The notes under the pieces were generated by a model. It had not been told where the DNA came from. It saw only the letters and a list, made by a program, of their open reading frames with translations, and did no database searches. 64,000 bases of DNA from Gammaproteobacteria bacterium (GTDB lineage Bacteria > Pseudomonadota > Gammaproteobacteria > Pseudomonadales > Pseudohongiellaceae), in assembly GCA_016764875.1 (NCBI GenBank), contig JAESQX010000041.1:85-64084 (forward strand), read 5' to 3'. Numbering within the stretch: the first letter of the stretch is position 1; each line of letters starts with the position of its first letter. Made by a program: the position numbers and the translations under genes. Shown in pieces: positions 54,282 to 63,834 of the stretch.

Positions 54282-55679
54282 GTGAAAAGTAAAGTCGTGC
54301 CTATCCATGTGGTCATCCTGGCAGCAGGCAAGGGAACTCGAATGAACTCCGAGATTCCCAAGGTTCTGCATAAGCTTGGCGGGAAACCTCTGCTTGAGCA
54401 TGTGGTCAACGCGGCCAGCACACTGGCAGATTCTCATCTGCATATAGTCGTAGGGCATGGCGCAAGCGATGTGAGGGTTCACTTCAATGACCTCAATGAA
54501 CTGAATTGGATTATTCAAGAGCCGCAGTTGGGCACCGGTCACGCGGTAGAGCAGGCCATTCCCGCTATAGAAGCCATTACTAAGATTCAGGACGAGGCCA
54601 CTTTGCTGGTTCTGTGTGGTGACGTGCCGCTAATTAAACAGCAAACTATTGAAGCGTTAACTCAGGCCGCTTCGCCGAATGCCGTCGCATTGTTGACACT
54701 GCAAACCAATAACCCCGCCGGGCTGGGCAGGATAATTCGCGATGAGCAAAACAAGGTCACCGCGATTGTCGAGGAAAAGGACGCCAGCGAAGAACAGCGA
54801 AAAATTTGTGAAATTAACAGTGGCATAATGGCCTTACCGGTTAACAGGTTAAAGCACTGGTTAGGTAAACTGGGCAAAAACAATCGCCAGGGCGAATATT
54901 ATCTAACGGATGTTATAGCCATGGCTGTGGCAGATGGCTGTGAAATAGTCACCAGAGTTATTAATGATGAATTTGAAGTACAGGGTGTCAACGACAAAAA
55001 GCAACTTGCCTCTCTGGAGCGCCACTTCCAGAGAATAGAAGTAGAAAAGTTAATGGCAGCGGGAGTATCCGTTATTGATCCGGCACGAGTTGATATCCGT
55101 GGTGATATCACTTGTGGTAAAGATGTAACGCTTGACATTAATGTAATACTGGAAGGAACGGTTATTATTGGAGACGGCGTTGTAATTGGACCGAACGTTG
55201 TAATAAAAGACGCCGTAATTAAAAGTAACTCGACAGTTCTTGCCAATACGGTTATTGATAGCGCGGAAATAGAAAGCAATTGTTCAATTGGACCCTTTGC
55301 CAGAATCAGACCGGGCACCCGGCTCGACAAAGAAGTTAAAGTTGGTAACTTTGTGGAGATTAAAAATTCTGTTCTTGGCCAGGGCTCAAAAGCAAATCAT
55401 TTCGCCTATATCGGAGATGCCGATATAGGCTCAGGAGTCAACATAGGAGCCGGCACTATTTTTTGCAACTACGACGGCGCCCACAAGCACAGATCCATAA
55501 TCGGTAATAATGTGTTTATTGGGTCCAACAGCACACTGGTCGCGCCGGTTAATATTAATAACGGGGCGTTTGTTGCGGCAGGGTCAACAATTAATTCTGA
55601 TGTACCCGAGAATGAGCTGGCTGTTGGACGAGGAAAACAACGAAACATCAGTGGCTGGAAACGGCCAACCAAGCAATAG
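54282..55679 (+). CDS. glmU: bifunctional UDP-N-acetylglucosamine pyrophosphorylase / glucosamine-1-phosphate N-acetyltransferase
   Basis: GTG start, 465 aa, with LAAGKGTRM and C-terminal left-handed beta-helix hexapeptide repeats. Confidence 0.95.
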   Translation: MKSKVVPIHVVILAAGKGTRMNSEIPKVLHKLGGKPLLEHVVNAASTLADSHLHIVVGHGASDVRVHFNDLNELNWIIQEPQLGTGHAVEQAIPAIEAITKIQDEATLLVLCGDVPLIKQQTIEALTQAASPNAVALLTLQTNNPAGLGRIIRDEQNKVTAIVEEKDASEEQRKICEINSGIMALPVNRLKHWLGKLGKNNRQGEYYLTDVIAMAVADGCEIVTRVINDEFEVQGVNDKKQLASLERHFQRIEVEKLMAAGVSVIDPARVDIRGDITCGKDVTLDINVILEGTVIIGDGVVIGPNVVIKDAVIKSNSTVLANTVIDSAEIESNCSIGPFARIRPGTRLDKEVKVGNFVEIKNSVLGQGSKANHFAYIGDADIGSGVNIGAGTIFCNYDGAHKHRSIIGNNVFIGSNSTLVAPVNINNGAFVAAGSTINSDVPENELAVGRGKQRNISGWKRPTKQ

Positions 55680-55697
55680 GATAGTCGGGAAAGTATT

Positions 55698-57533
55698 ATG
55701 TGTGGAATAGTCGGGGCAATAGCGCAAAGGGAAGTGTCCGGTATATTAATCGAGGGACTGAAACGGCTGGAATACCGTGGCTACGATTCTGCTGGTATTG
55801 CCTTGATAAATACCGATAAGCCGCGCCTGGATTGCAGTAAGGCGGTTGGCAAAGTAGCAAAACTGGTGGATCTTGTTGCTCGTAACAACACCTCGGGAAA
55901 TCTTGGAATTGCCCATACCCGATGGGCTACACACGGTAAGCCAACGATAAAGAACGCCCACCCTCATACCTCTACGGGTGATATTGCCCTGGTACACAAT
56001 GGCATCATCGAAAACTATGAAAGCCTTCGTGACGCTCTGATTAATGACGGTTACCGGTTTGTATCGCAAACAGATTCCGAGGTAATTGCCCATTTGATTC
56101 ACCAGGCTCGAAAAGGCGGTAAGGTAAGTTTGCTCGATGCGGTAAAGGGCACAGTTAAAAAACTGGAAGGGGCTTATGGGCTGTGCGTAATTGATATAAA
56201 TGAGCCAGATCAAATAGTTGTTACCAGAAGTGGCAGTCCACTGGTGATTGGCAAGGGGATTGGTGAAAACTTTGTCGCCTCTGATGCGCTTGCCCTTGGC
56301 CAGGTTACTGACAGGTTTATTTTCCTTGAAGAAGGGGACATAGCAAGAATTACTCTCAACGACATTGATATCTGGAACAAGAACAAGAAAGTAACACGAG
56401 AGGAAACGCGTATTACCAGCAAGTTCTCAGAAGCAGAGAAGGGTGAGTTTGCCCACTACATGCTGAAAGAGATTTATGAACAGCCTAAAGCCATAAAGGA
56501 CACCCTGGATGGAAGAATCAGCACCAGCAAAGTCCTTGAAGAAGCTTTTGGCATAAAAGCCAAATCTATTTTCGATAAAGTAAGCAATGTTCAAATAGTG
56601 GCATGTGGCACTAGTTTTCTCGCTGGACAAGTAGCGAAATACTGGTTGGAAAGTATTGCTAAAATTCCGTGTCAAGTAGACATCGCCAGCGACTATCGCT
56701 ACCGTAATGTTATTGTTCAGCCTAGCACCTTGTTTGTCAGTATTTCCCAGTCTGGTGAAACAGCCGATACCCTGGCGGCTTTACGATTTGCAAAGAAGGC
56801 GGGTTACGTAGCGACGTTTGCCATCTGTAATGTGCCGACCAGCTCTCTGGTAAGAGAATCCGACTTCTGTTTATTAACACATGCTGGCCAGGAAATAGGT
56901 GTTGCATCAACCAAGGCATTTACCACCCAGCTGTGTCTTTTGCTTTTACTGGCTATCGTGCTGGGTCGACGCCGTGGCCTGACTGAGAAGCAGGAGGCCA
57001 GAATAGTTCGAAAACTAAACCGTTTACCGGGATTAGTTAGCCGCACCTTGTCGCTGGACAATCAAATCAAGAAACTGTCAAAGCAATTTGCTGATAAACA
57101 ACACGCATTGTTTCTTGGCAGAGGAATTCAATACCCGGTGGCCAAGGAAGGGGCGCTGAAGCTGAAGGAAATTTCCTATATTCACGCTGAAGCCTATCCG
57201 GCCGGCGAATTAAAGCACGGGCCACTGGCGCTGGTTGACGACAAAATGCCGGTCATAGCCGTAGCACCCAATGATGAATTGTTAGGCAAACTCAAAGCTA
57301 ACCTGGCGGAAGTAAGTGCTCGGGGTGGAAAATTATTTGTGTTTGCCGATGAGGGCATCGGTTTCAAGGGAGACAAGAGTTGCAAGGTTATTCATGTGCC
57401 CACGTCCTCGGATATTCTCGACCCCATAGTTTTTGTCATACCCCTTCAGTTGTTGGCCTATCATGTAGCTATCTTGAAAGGAACGGATGTGGATCAGCCG
57501 AGAAACCTGGCCAAGTCAGTTACTGTGGAATAG
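55698..57533 (+). CDS. glmS: glutamine--fructose-6-phosphate aminotransferase
   Basis: 611 aa with N-terminal catalytic MCGIVG, two SIS domains and C-terminal KSVTVE. Confidence 0.97.
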   Translation: MCGIVGAIAQREVSGILIEGLKRLEYRGYDSAGIALINTDKPRLDCSKAVGKVAKLVDLVARNNTSGNLGIAHTRWATHGKPTIKNAHPHTSTGDIALVHNGIIENYESLRDALINDGYRFVSQTDSEVIAHLIHQARKGGKVSLLDAVKGTVKKLEGAYGLCVIDINEPDQIVVTRSGSPLVIGKGIGENFVASDALALGQVTDRFIFLEEGDIARITLNDIDIWNKNKKVTREETRITSKFSEAEKGEFAHYMLKEIYEQPKAIKDTLDGRISTSKVLEEAFGIKAKSIFDKVSNVQIVACGTSFLAGQVAKYWLESIAKIPCQVDIASDYRYRNVIVQPSTLFVSISQSGETADTLAALRFAKKAGYVATFAICNVPTSSLVRESDFCLLTHAGQEIGVASTKAFTTQLCLLLLLAIVLGRRRGLTEKQEARIVRKLNRLPGLVSRTLSLDNQIKKLSKQFADKQHALFLGRGIQYPVAKEGALKLKEISYIHAEAYPAGELKHGPLALVDDKMPVIAVAPNDELLGKLKANLAEVSARGGKLFVFADEGIGFKGDKSCKVIHVPTSSDILDPIVFVIPLQLLAYHVAILKGTDVDQPRNLAKSVTVE

Positions 57534-57570
57534 AAGTTCTGCAAATAATCCGACCTTAACGGAATCGCCG

Positions 57571-58428
57571 CTATTTTTCCGGAGGGGTGCGCAGGGTTCG
57601 CAAACTCCGATTCAGGCGTTTCAGGTGATCTTTCAAGAGGGGCTTCCGATAGCGAGCAACACCCATGGCAAGTACATCAATAACCAGCAGGTGCGCAATG
57701 CGAGAAGATACCGGCATGAATGCCTGGTTGTCTTCTTCCATATTCACATGAATGGCAATACTACTTAGCCTGCTCAGCGGTGTATTCTGTGGGGCGAGCC
57801 CTATAACGGTGGCTCCGGCTTCCCGCACCAGTTTGACACTTTGCAATAGCGCCTTGCTTTTGCCGGACTGGGAAATAGCCACAACAACGTCTTTTTTCCC
57901 TAGCGAGATAGCTGACATGTGTTGTATATGAGGGTCTGTATAGGCGGCTGTTGAAAGCTGTAAGCGAAAGAACTTGTGTTGTGCGTCCGCTGCCACTGAA
58001 CCGGATGCACCAAAGCCATAAAACTCGACCCGTTTGGCGCGGGCAATCGCATTGATAGCTCCCTCCAGTGCGCCAGGGTCCAGTTCGTCCCGTACCGTCA
58101 GCAAAGAGCCAATGGTGGAATCGAAAACCTTGTTACTCAAGTCTTCGGTGGTATCGCTGTCGTCAACGGCGAACTGAGTGAAAATACTGCCGGATCCGAG
58201 TGTTTGTGCCAACTGCAACTTGAATGACTTGAAACCGTCAAACCCTACTGCCCGGCAGAACCTGATTACCGTGGGCTCACTAACCTCTGCCTCAGCGGCG
58301 AGGTCTACAATTCGCATGCTGATTACATCACTGGCATGCTGCAGGACATATTCAGCAACCTTGGCTTCAGATTTGCGTAATTGCGGCTTTGACTCACCGA
58401 TTATGCGTAATAGACTTTGTGATTCCAT
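57571..58428 (-). CDS. RpiR/MurR/HexR-family transcriptional regulator (HTH + SIS domain)
   Basis: 285 aa with an N-terminal HTH_6-like region (VSEPTVIRFCRAVGF) and a SIS domain (GFGASGSVAADAQHKFFRL). The architecture resembles HexR. Confidence 0.85.
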   Translation of the reverse strand: MESQSLLRIIGESKPQLRKSEAKVAEYVLQHASDVISMRIVDLAAEAEVSEPTVIRFCRAVGFDGFKSFKLQLAQTLGSGSIFTQFAVDDSDTTEDLSNKVFDSTIGSLLTVRDELDPGALEGAINAIARAKRVEFYGFGASGSVAADAQHKFFRLQLSTAAYTDPHIQHMSAISLGKKDVVVAISQSGKSKALLQSVKLVREAGATVIGLAPQNTPLSRLSSIAIHVNMEEDNQAFMPVSSRIAHLLVIDVLAMGVARYRKPLLKDHLKRLNRSLRTLRTPPEK

Positions 58429-58541
58429 GGGCGGCTTGTTCAGGGCGCGGTTAATTCCGTTGTTTGTTTGAGGGCGACACGGTAAAAGAAATTCTGCTTA
58501 AATAGGATTTCTCCTTAGGACTTTAAATTCAGGCGCGTGAT

Positions 58542-59717
58542 TTGTCCAGAAACTCTGACCATGACAGTTTGCAAGTAAGTTTTGTTGAATCGATTACTGA
58601 AGTCGATGCACAGACCTGGAACACGCTTGTGAGCAATGAAAGTCCGTTTCTAAAGCATGAATTTCTGTTGGCGCTGGAACAAACCGGATGCACCATCAGG
58701 GCGACTGGCTGGCAGCCCCACCATGCCATTGTTTGTCATTCTGAAGCGGATACCTCTGTAGTGGCCGTCAGTCCGCTGTACCTTAAATTCAACTCTTTTG
58801 GGGAATATGTATTTGACTGGTCGTGGGCAGATGCCTTCGGCAAGGCCGGTGTGAATTACTATCCAAAATTTCTGACCGCTATTCCATTTACACCCTGCGC
58901 AAGTTCGCGCATCTTGCATGATGAAAACGTGTCTCAAAACGCGGTACTAGATGCGCTGAAGCTGGCGATTCAATCGGTGGCCGAGCAAACGGGCGTTTCA
59001 TCCTGGCATGTACTCTTTCCCACACAAGCGGAAAGTGAAGCGTTGGGCAAACACGGAATGTCCCGGCGCAAAGGATGTCAATTTCATTGGTTTAACCGGG
59101 GCTATCAAGATTTTGATGATTACCTGCAGGCACTTAATTCAAGAAAACGTAAAAACATACGCAAGGAAAGGCGTTCGGTAACAGGGCAAGGTATACAATT
59201 TGAAACAATTGAAGGCCCCGATATAACCGAAAGGCAGTGGAAACACTTCTACGATTTTTATCAGAGCACTTATCTGGTTCGTGGCAGGGAAGGTTATCTT
59301 AATCAGGAATTTTTCCTGCAAGTGGGCCGGACCATGCCGAAAAACCTGGTTTTGATATTAGCTAAAGTAGGCTCCCAGCCCATTGCAGGGGCGTTATTTT
59401 TTAAGGGAGGCAGCAGGCTATACGGTAGATACTGGGGGTCGATGGAAGAGTATCAGTTTTTACATTTTGAAACCTGTTTCTACCAGGGCATTGACTACTG
59501 TATCAGGCATGGATTGCAGCAGTTTGATGCCGGGGCCCAGGGCGAGCGCAAAATTCAACGGGGATTTGAACCCATTGAAACCTGGTCCAATCACTGGATC
59601 AGTAATGCGAATTTTTCCAGTGCTATAAATGATTTTCTGAAACAGGAATCAAGATACGTTGGCAGTTATATGGCCGAGGCAGAAAAGCTGTTGCCGTTCA
59701 AAAAGCCCTCATCATAA
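58542..59717 (+). CDS. DUF482 / FemAB-like (COG3146) predicted N-acyltransferase
   Basis: 391 aa from a TTG start. Characteristic family stretches are FLKHEFLLALEQTGC, GWQPHH and PLYLKFNSFGEYVFDWSWADAF...YYPKFLTAIPFTP. Confidence 0.8.
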   Translation: MSRNSDHDSLQVSFVESITEVDAQTWNTLVSNESPFLKHEFLLALEQTGCTIRATGWQPHHAIVCHSEADTSVVAVSPLYLKFNSFGEYVFDWSWADAFGKAGVNYYPKFLTAIPFTPCASSRILHDENVSQNAVLDALKLAIQSVAEQTGVSSWHVLFPTQAESEALGKHGMSRRKGCQFHWFNRGYQDFDDYLQALNSRKRKNIRKERRSVTGQGIQFETIEGPDITERQWKHFYDFYQSTYLVRGREGYLNQEFFLQVGRTMPKNLVLILAKVGSQPIAGALFFKGGSRLYGRYWGSMEEYQFLHFETCFYQGIDYCIRHGLQQFDAGAQGERKIQRGFEPIETWSNHWISNANFSSAINDFLKQESRYVGSYMAEAEKLLPFKKPSS

Positions 59718-59731
59718 AATTAAGATACTGG

Positions 59732-60328
59732 TTATTTCTGCCATACCAGCAATTGGTTATTGGCAGGCATGGCATTATCTTCAAGTAAAACCAGACCTGC
59801 TTCCACAGCATAGCCCTGCACCGTTTCGAAGTCCCGTATGCCGCTAAGCGGATCTCTGGCTTTAAGCCACAAGTCAAATTTGGCGTTGCTTTGTGTTGTG
59901 AATTCACCGTGGTATTTAAACGGGCCATAAACCATCAGTAACGCACCCGGACCCAAGCACTTACGGACGCCATCAAAAAATAACTTTACCGAAGCCGCAG
60001 ACATGATATGCAGACTGTTGGCAGTAAAAACATGAAAAGGTTGTTCGCACGGCCATTGCTGGTCCGCTACATCCAGCGCAAAGGCGGGCAGCAAATTTTT
60101 CAGATCTGCATGCAAGATTCGCCGGCTTAGAGAATCTATATTGGCGGCAAGATCCGTTGATTGCCAGGTTATGTGGGGTAGATGGCCGGCGAAATATTCC
60201 GCGTGTTGACCGGTTCCACTGGCGATTTCCAATACCCGGGCCGGTTGCAACAAATGCCTGGAAAGAACACGAAGTATAAAAGCCTTATTATTTTCGCAGG
60301 ACTGGCTGAAAGGTAGTGAGTTGGACAT
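59732..60328 (-). CDS. DUF938 family SAM-dependent methyltransferase-like protein
   Basis: Carries the family-typical VLEIASGTGQHAEYFAGHLPHITWQSTD. I prefer the ATG at 60328 over the tracked TTG at 60334. Confidence 0.8.
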   Translation of the reverse strand: MSNSLPFSQSCENNKAFILRVLSRHLLQPARVLEIASGTGQHAEYFAGHLPHITWQSTDLAANIDSLSRRILHADLKNLLPAFALDVADQQWPCEQPFHVFTANSLHIMSAASVKLFFDGVRKCLGPGALLMVYGPFKYHGEFTTQSNAKFDLWLKARDPLSGIRDFETVQGYAVEAGLVLLEDNAMPANNQLLVWQK

Positions 60329-60345
60329 ACGCAAGTAAGACTGGA

Positions 60346-61122
60346 TTACACTGGCTTTTTACGCAGGAAAACAAGCTTGGTGTCAGTAGAGTCTTTGGCG
60401 CTATATCGGTATCCATCGGTGTTAAAATCTTTCAACTTTTCTACAGAGCCTAGTCGGTTCCGAATGATATAGGCGGCCATCATGCCTCTGGCCTGCTTGG
60501 CATAGAAACTGAGGAAGCGGTACTCGCCATTGGAAAAATCTTTGAAGGTTGGGGTAACGATGCTGGCTTCAAGTTTATTCGTATCAATGGCATTGAAGTA
60601 TTCATTGGATGCAAGATTGACCAGAATTTTTTGTTTCTCACCGGCCAGATCACAGTTCAGTGAAGCCGTTAATTTTCCTCCCCAAAAATCATACAGGTCT
60701 TTTCCTCTGGCATTAGCGAAGCGGGTTCCCATTTCGAGGCGATAGGGCTGTATCAGATCGAGTGGTTTTAATATTCCGTATAGCCCGGAAAGAATACGCA
60801 GATGCTTCTGGGCATAATTCAGATCCCTGGTGGCAAATTCTCTGGCCTGCAATCCCTTATACACATCACCAATAAAGGTAAACAATGCCGGCCTGGCGTT
60901 ATCCGTATCAAATGGGGCATGCCAGTTGGCGTAACGTTCATAGTTAAGCGCCCCAAGCTTGGAGCTTATATTCATGAGTTCCGATAATTCTTCAGGGTTA
61001 AGGTTCTTCAAATCCTTAACCAGTTTTTTCGAATCAGCCATGAACTCAGGCTGGCTGAATTGGCGGGGTTTCACTGGGCTTTCAAGATCCAGTGATTTTG
61101 CAGGTGATAACACAACTAACAT
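60346..61122 (-). CDS. yaaA: peroxide stress protein YaaA (UPF0246/DUF328)
   Basis: MLVVLSPAKSLD at the N-terminus, plus LSGLYGILKPLDLIQPYRLEMG and FYAKQARG, collinear with E. coli YaaA. I prefer the ATG at 61122; the tracked ORF starts at 61137. Confidence 0.9.
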   Translation of the reverse strand: MLVVLSPAKSLDLESPVKPRQFSQPEFMADSKKLVKDLKNLNPEELSELMNISSKLGALNYERYANWHAPFDTDNARPALFTFIGDVYKGLQAREFATRDLNYAQKHLRILSGLYGILKPLDLIQPYRLEMGTRFANARGKDLYDFWGGKLTASLNCDLAGEKQKILVNLASNEYFNAIDTNKLEASIVTPTFKDFSNGEYRFLSFYAKQARGMMAAYIIRNRLGSVEKLKDFNTDGYRYSAKDSTDTKLVFLRKKPV

Positions 61123-61270
61123 AAGGACGGTTTCCACTAATCCGATACCTGGCCAATGATACCAGAGGCCAAAGCACTAATCTTTCCATTCTCAGGGACA
61201 CCATCGCGGTTTATAGATGTTCCACAGGTAACGAGTTAAGCTCAAGTGCGAGGCAGAGTAAGAGCGTATA

Positions 61271-61645
61271 ATGGGACTACCAGCCATGCTTGGAAAAATT
61301 CATTCCTGCGCGATTCACCTGCTCTGGGTACGACTGGTAGCCGTGCTGGTGGGTGCAGCGGCGCTTGTACTTGGTATTTACCTTATGCTGAGCTCGATTG
61401 ATGGCGGCAACGATCAGCTATTTATAGCGGCCTTGCTCATGTTTTGCCGGTGTTTATTGATTTATTGTCTGGTTACAGTATTTCAGAAAGCCCCTCCTCA
61501 GATAGGGCCGAAACAGGGGTTTTTTAGACGGCAGTTGATTAAGTCGCAACGGGCTTTACGCATACTGCTTGCCCTGGGTTTTCTTGTACTGACCCTGTCA
61601 TTGGTGGTGATGAGTTACAGGCTGGCGGTAATCGGGCTGGGGTAG
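61271..61645 (+). CDS. hypothetical small membrane protein (about 3 TM helices)
   Basis: 124-aa ORF with three hydrophobic segments. I recognise no family. Confidence 0.5.
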   Translation: MGLPAMLGKIHSCAIHLLWVRLVAVLVGAAALVLGIYLMLSSIDGGNDQLFIAALLMFCRCLLIYCLVTVFQKAPPQIGPKQGFFRRQLIKSQRALRILLALGFLVLTLSLVVMSYRLAVIGLG

Positions 61646-61952
61646 AACCGAGAATAGTTACAGGCTATCTTTGCTCGAGGATAAATGAGACTCGATCCTA
61701 AATTGACCAATCATTCCCTGTTATTTGCTCGCGGCCGTTGGGCGATTTAATTGAACACGTCATCAGGCTATCGTACGCGCTCGCTTTGTCATTGGGGTGT
61801 ATAATAATTTTGAGTTTCAATGAGACACTGAAACGGCTCAAATATAAAGGAGCAAGCGCACGTATTACGTAAAGTGAAAGTGCACTTTATACAAGTGCAA
61901 GGTTGACAGGTCTTTCGACATCGAAACAAATCAATTAAGCAGGAGAAATATA

Positions 61953-62336
61953 TTGATAGGCTACATAACAATAGGAACCAACGATTTCGAACGTGCGCTC
62001 AGATTCTATGATGAACTTCTAAAAACAATTGGTGTAAAACGCTTGTGGAAGCACGGATCGATGGCTGCGTGGGGACGATCAAGAGAGGGGACTTCTCTGT
62101 GTATAGCCATACCACATGATGGCAACGAAGCTACAATCGGAAATGGGAGCATGATAGCCGTCAAAGTGGAAAGCAAGGAGCAAGTAGACATTCTTTACTC
62201 TAAAGCCATTGAACTAGGAGCCACTGATGAAGGAGAGCCCGGCCCTCGGGGTAATGGCGGATTCTACGGGGGGTATTTCAGAGATTTAGATGGTAATAAG
62301 TTAAATGCGTATATACCTGCTACCAGTCTCAGTTGA
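61953..62336 (+). CDS. VOC (glyoxalase/bleomycin resistance/dioxygenase) family protein
   Basis: TTG start, 127 aa. N-terminal IGYITIGTNDFERALRFYDELL and C-terminal GGYFRDLDGNKL are typical of small VOC proteins. Confidence 0.8.
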   Translation: MIGYITIGTNDFERALRFYDELLKTIGVKRLWKHGSMAAWGRSREGTSLCIAIPHDGNEATIGNGSMIAVKVESKEQVDILYSKAIELGATDEGEPGPRGNGGFYGGYFRDLDGNKLNAYIPATSLS

Positions 62337-62530
62337 TGATGGGCGCAAATCCTTAAAAATTTTCACGGAACTATGCAACATAGAGACAGATGAGGCACTC
62401 ACAAAATTTTTGTGTCTCAATTTAGCGAGAACATAAGCGCCCCATCAATTGGCGTTGACTAAAGCAGGCATAGTTATTACTCTTCCAGCAGACTTCAGGT
62501 AGCCTCAAAAACAGAACTCAGGAGGTAGAA

Positions 62531-62953
62531 ATGAGCATTCGCCGATGGATAGCCGCGGCTCTGACCGCAATTACCGTAGGATTCGCTCTATTGGTGGCAC
62601 CCGCCATTGCTCACCACTCCAGCGGCCCTTTTTATGACCCTCAGAATCGGGTTGATATAGAGGGCACCGTAACCCGCTTCGTGTTCAAAAACCCACACGC
62701 CTTCCTATATCTGGATGTGCCGGGTGAAAACGGTGCCACCATTGAATGGCAGGTCGAGCTCGGCGCACCGGTCGGACTGCGGCGCATGGGCTGGACACCC
62801 GACACGCTTCCTTTGGGCATGATTGTTAAGGCTTCGGGTCAGAAATCCCGAGCCGAAGGCTCCCATGGCGTATGTTGTGTGCGCATGACCAAGGCCGATG
62901 GCAGTCCAGTCCTCGAAGGCGGTCGTGTCCAAGAACGCCAGACCAACAGATAA
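62531..62953 (+). CDS. DUF6152-family secreted protein
   Basis: 140 aa with signal peptide ...APAIA followed by mature HHSSGPFYD, GTVTRFVFKNPH and EWQVELG. This matches the pattern I recall for DUF6152 (AHHS...GTV..F.W.NPH). A good SD (AGGAGG) precedes the ATG. Confidence 0.7.
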   Translation: MSIRRWIAAALTAITVGFALLVAPAIAHHSSGPFYDPQNRVDIEGTVTRFVFKNPHAFLYLDVPGENGATIEWQVELGAPVGLRRMGWTPDTLPLGMIVKASGQKSRAEGSHGVCCVRMTKADGSPVLEGGRVQERQTNR

Positions 62954-63057
62954 GATTCCGGTAGTACACCTCAGTCGCCAGACAGGCTGCCAAAGCAGCC
63001 GTGGAGACAATACGATCCATGAAGATTACATATAACGTTATCCAGCCCGGAGGGGTT

Positions 63058-63807
63058 ATGAAACCAGTTTTGACGGCGAGAGGACTCACCAGGAGAAGAA
63101 CCACTTGTGCGATTATGCTTTCGCTGCTGTTGGGAATTGCAGCCCCGTCGCTAAGTGCTCAGGGAGTCGATAGTCATATTCCAAACCTGGCGGGTATTTG
63201 GGATGGCGGATTTAGTGTTCGTCCGGTCAATGGCGAGAAAGTCCCCTGGGGAGAGGATAATTTTCCAGTGCTGAATGAGCGAGCTCTCGCTTACCAGCAG
63301 GTGTGGGAGGAAATCATATCTCCAAAATACGATTGTCAACCAGCTTCGTCTCCAGCTATTCAGTATGACCCGTATCATATGCAGGTCACCCAGTGGCCGG
63401 ATCGCGTCATGTTCAGGTATGAAAAAGACGATCAGCTACGAACAGTTTGGTTGGATGGAAGAGAGCCAACTTCGCTAGATTTCGGTCTGCAGGGATTCTC
63501 GGTCGGTCACTACGAGGATGGGGTATTACATGTCACCACCACACACTTTGTTTTCGATGTTACCGGCTTTGATGACTACAATGGCATACCGTCATCGTCA
63601 CAAAAGGTTATTACCGAGCGCTACTGGCGCGAGGGTGAGGAATTGCGCATAACATTGACCGTTGAGGACCCCATGTTTCTGCGCGAGCCTACCTCCTATT
63701 CAACTCGCTGGCTCCCCGCTGCTGAGGATTACAGATTAGCGGCCTACGGTTGCGACCCGGAAGCTTCGCGGGCTTCGGTGCGCTTCTATCCTTCCAAATA
63801 TAAATAG
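63058..63807 (+). CDS. hypothetical secreted protein
   Basis: I prefer the ATG at 63058, preceded by GGAGG. N-terminus MKPVLTARGLTRRRTTCAIMLSLLLGIAAPSLSA looks like a signal peptide (Arg-rich n-region). I recognise no family. The tracked ORF starts at 63001. Confidence 0.6.
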   Translation: MKPVLTARGLTRRRTTCAIMLSLLLGIAAPSLSAQGVDSHIPNLAGIWDGGFSVRPVNGEKVPWGEDNFPVLNERALAYQQVWEEIISPKYDCQPASSPAIQYDPYHMQVTQWPDRVMFRYEKDDQLRTVWLDGREPTSLDFGLQGFSVGHYEDGVLHVTTTHFVFDVTGFDDYNGIPSSSQKVITERYWREGEELRITLTVEDPMFLREPTSYSTRWLPAAEDYRLAAYGCDPEASRASVRFYPSKYK

Positions 63808-63834
63808 CGGAAGTTACGGTGAGTCTTGCCTCGT

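Noticed and set aside
54899-55330. 143-aa ORF antisense to the glmU C-terminal domain. A similar 155-aa ORF at 55746-56213 is antisense to glmS.
   Set aside because: The glmU hexapeptide-repeat region is repetitive and keeps the opposite strand open by chance. The translation is Ser/Thr/Ile-rich and not protein-like.
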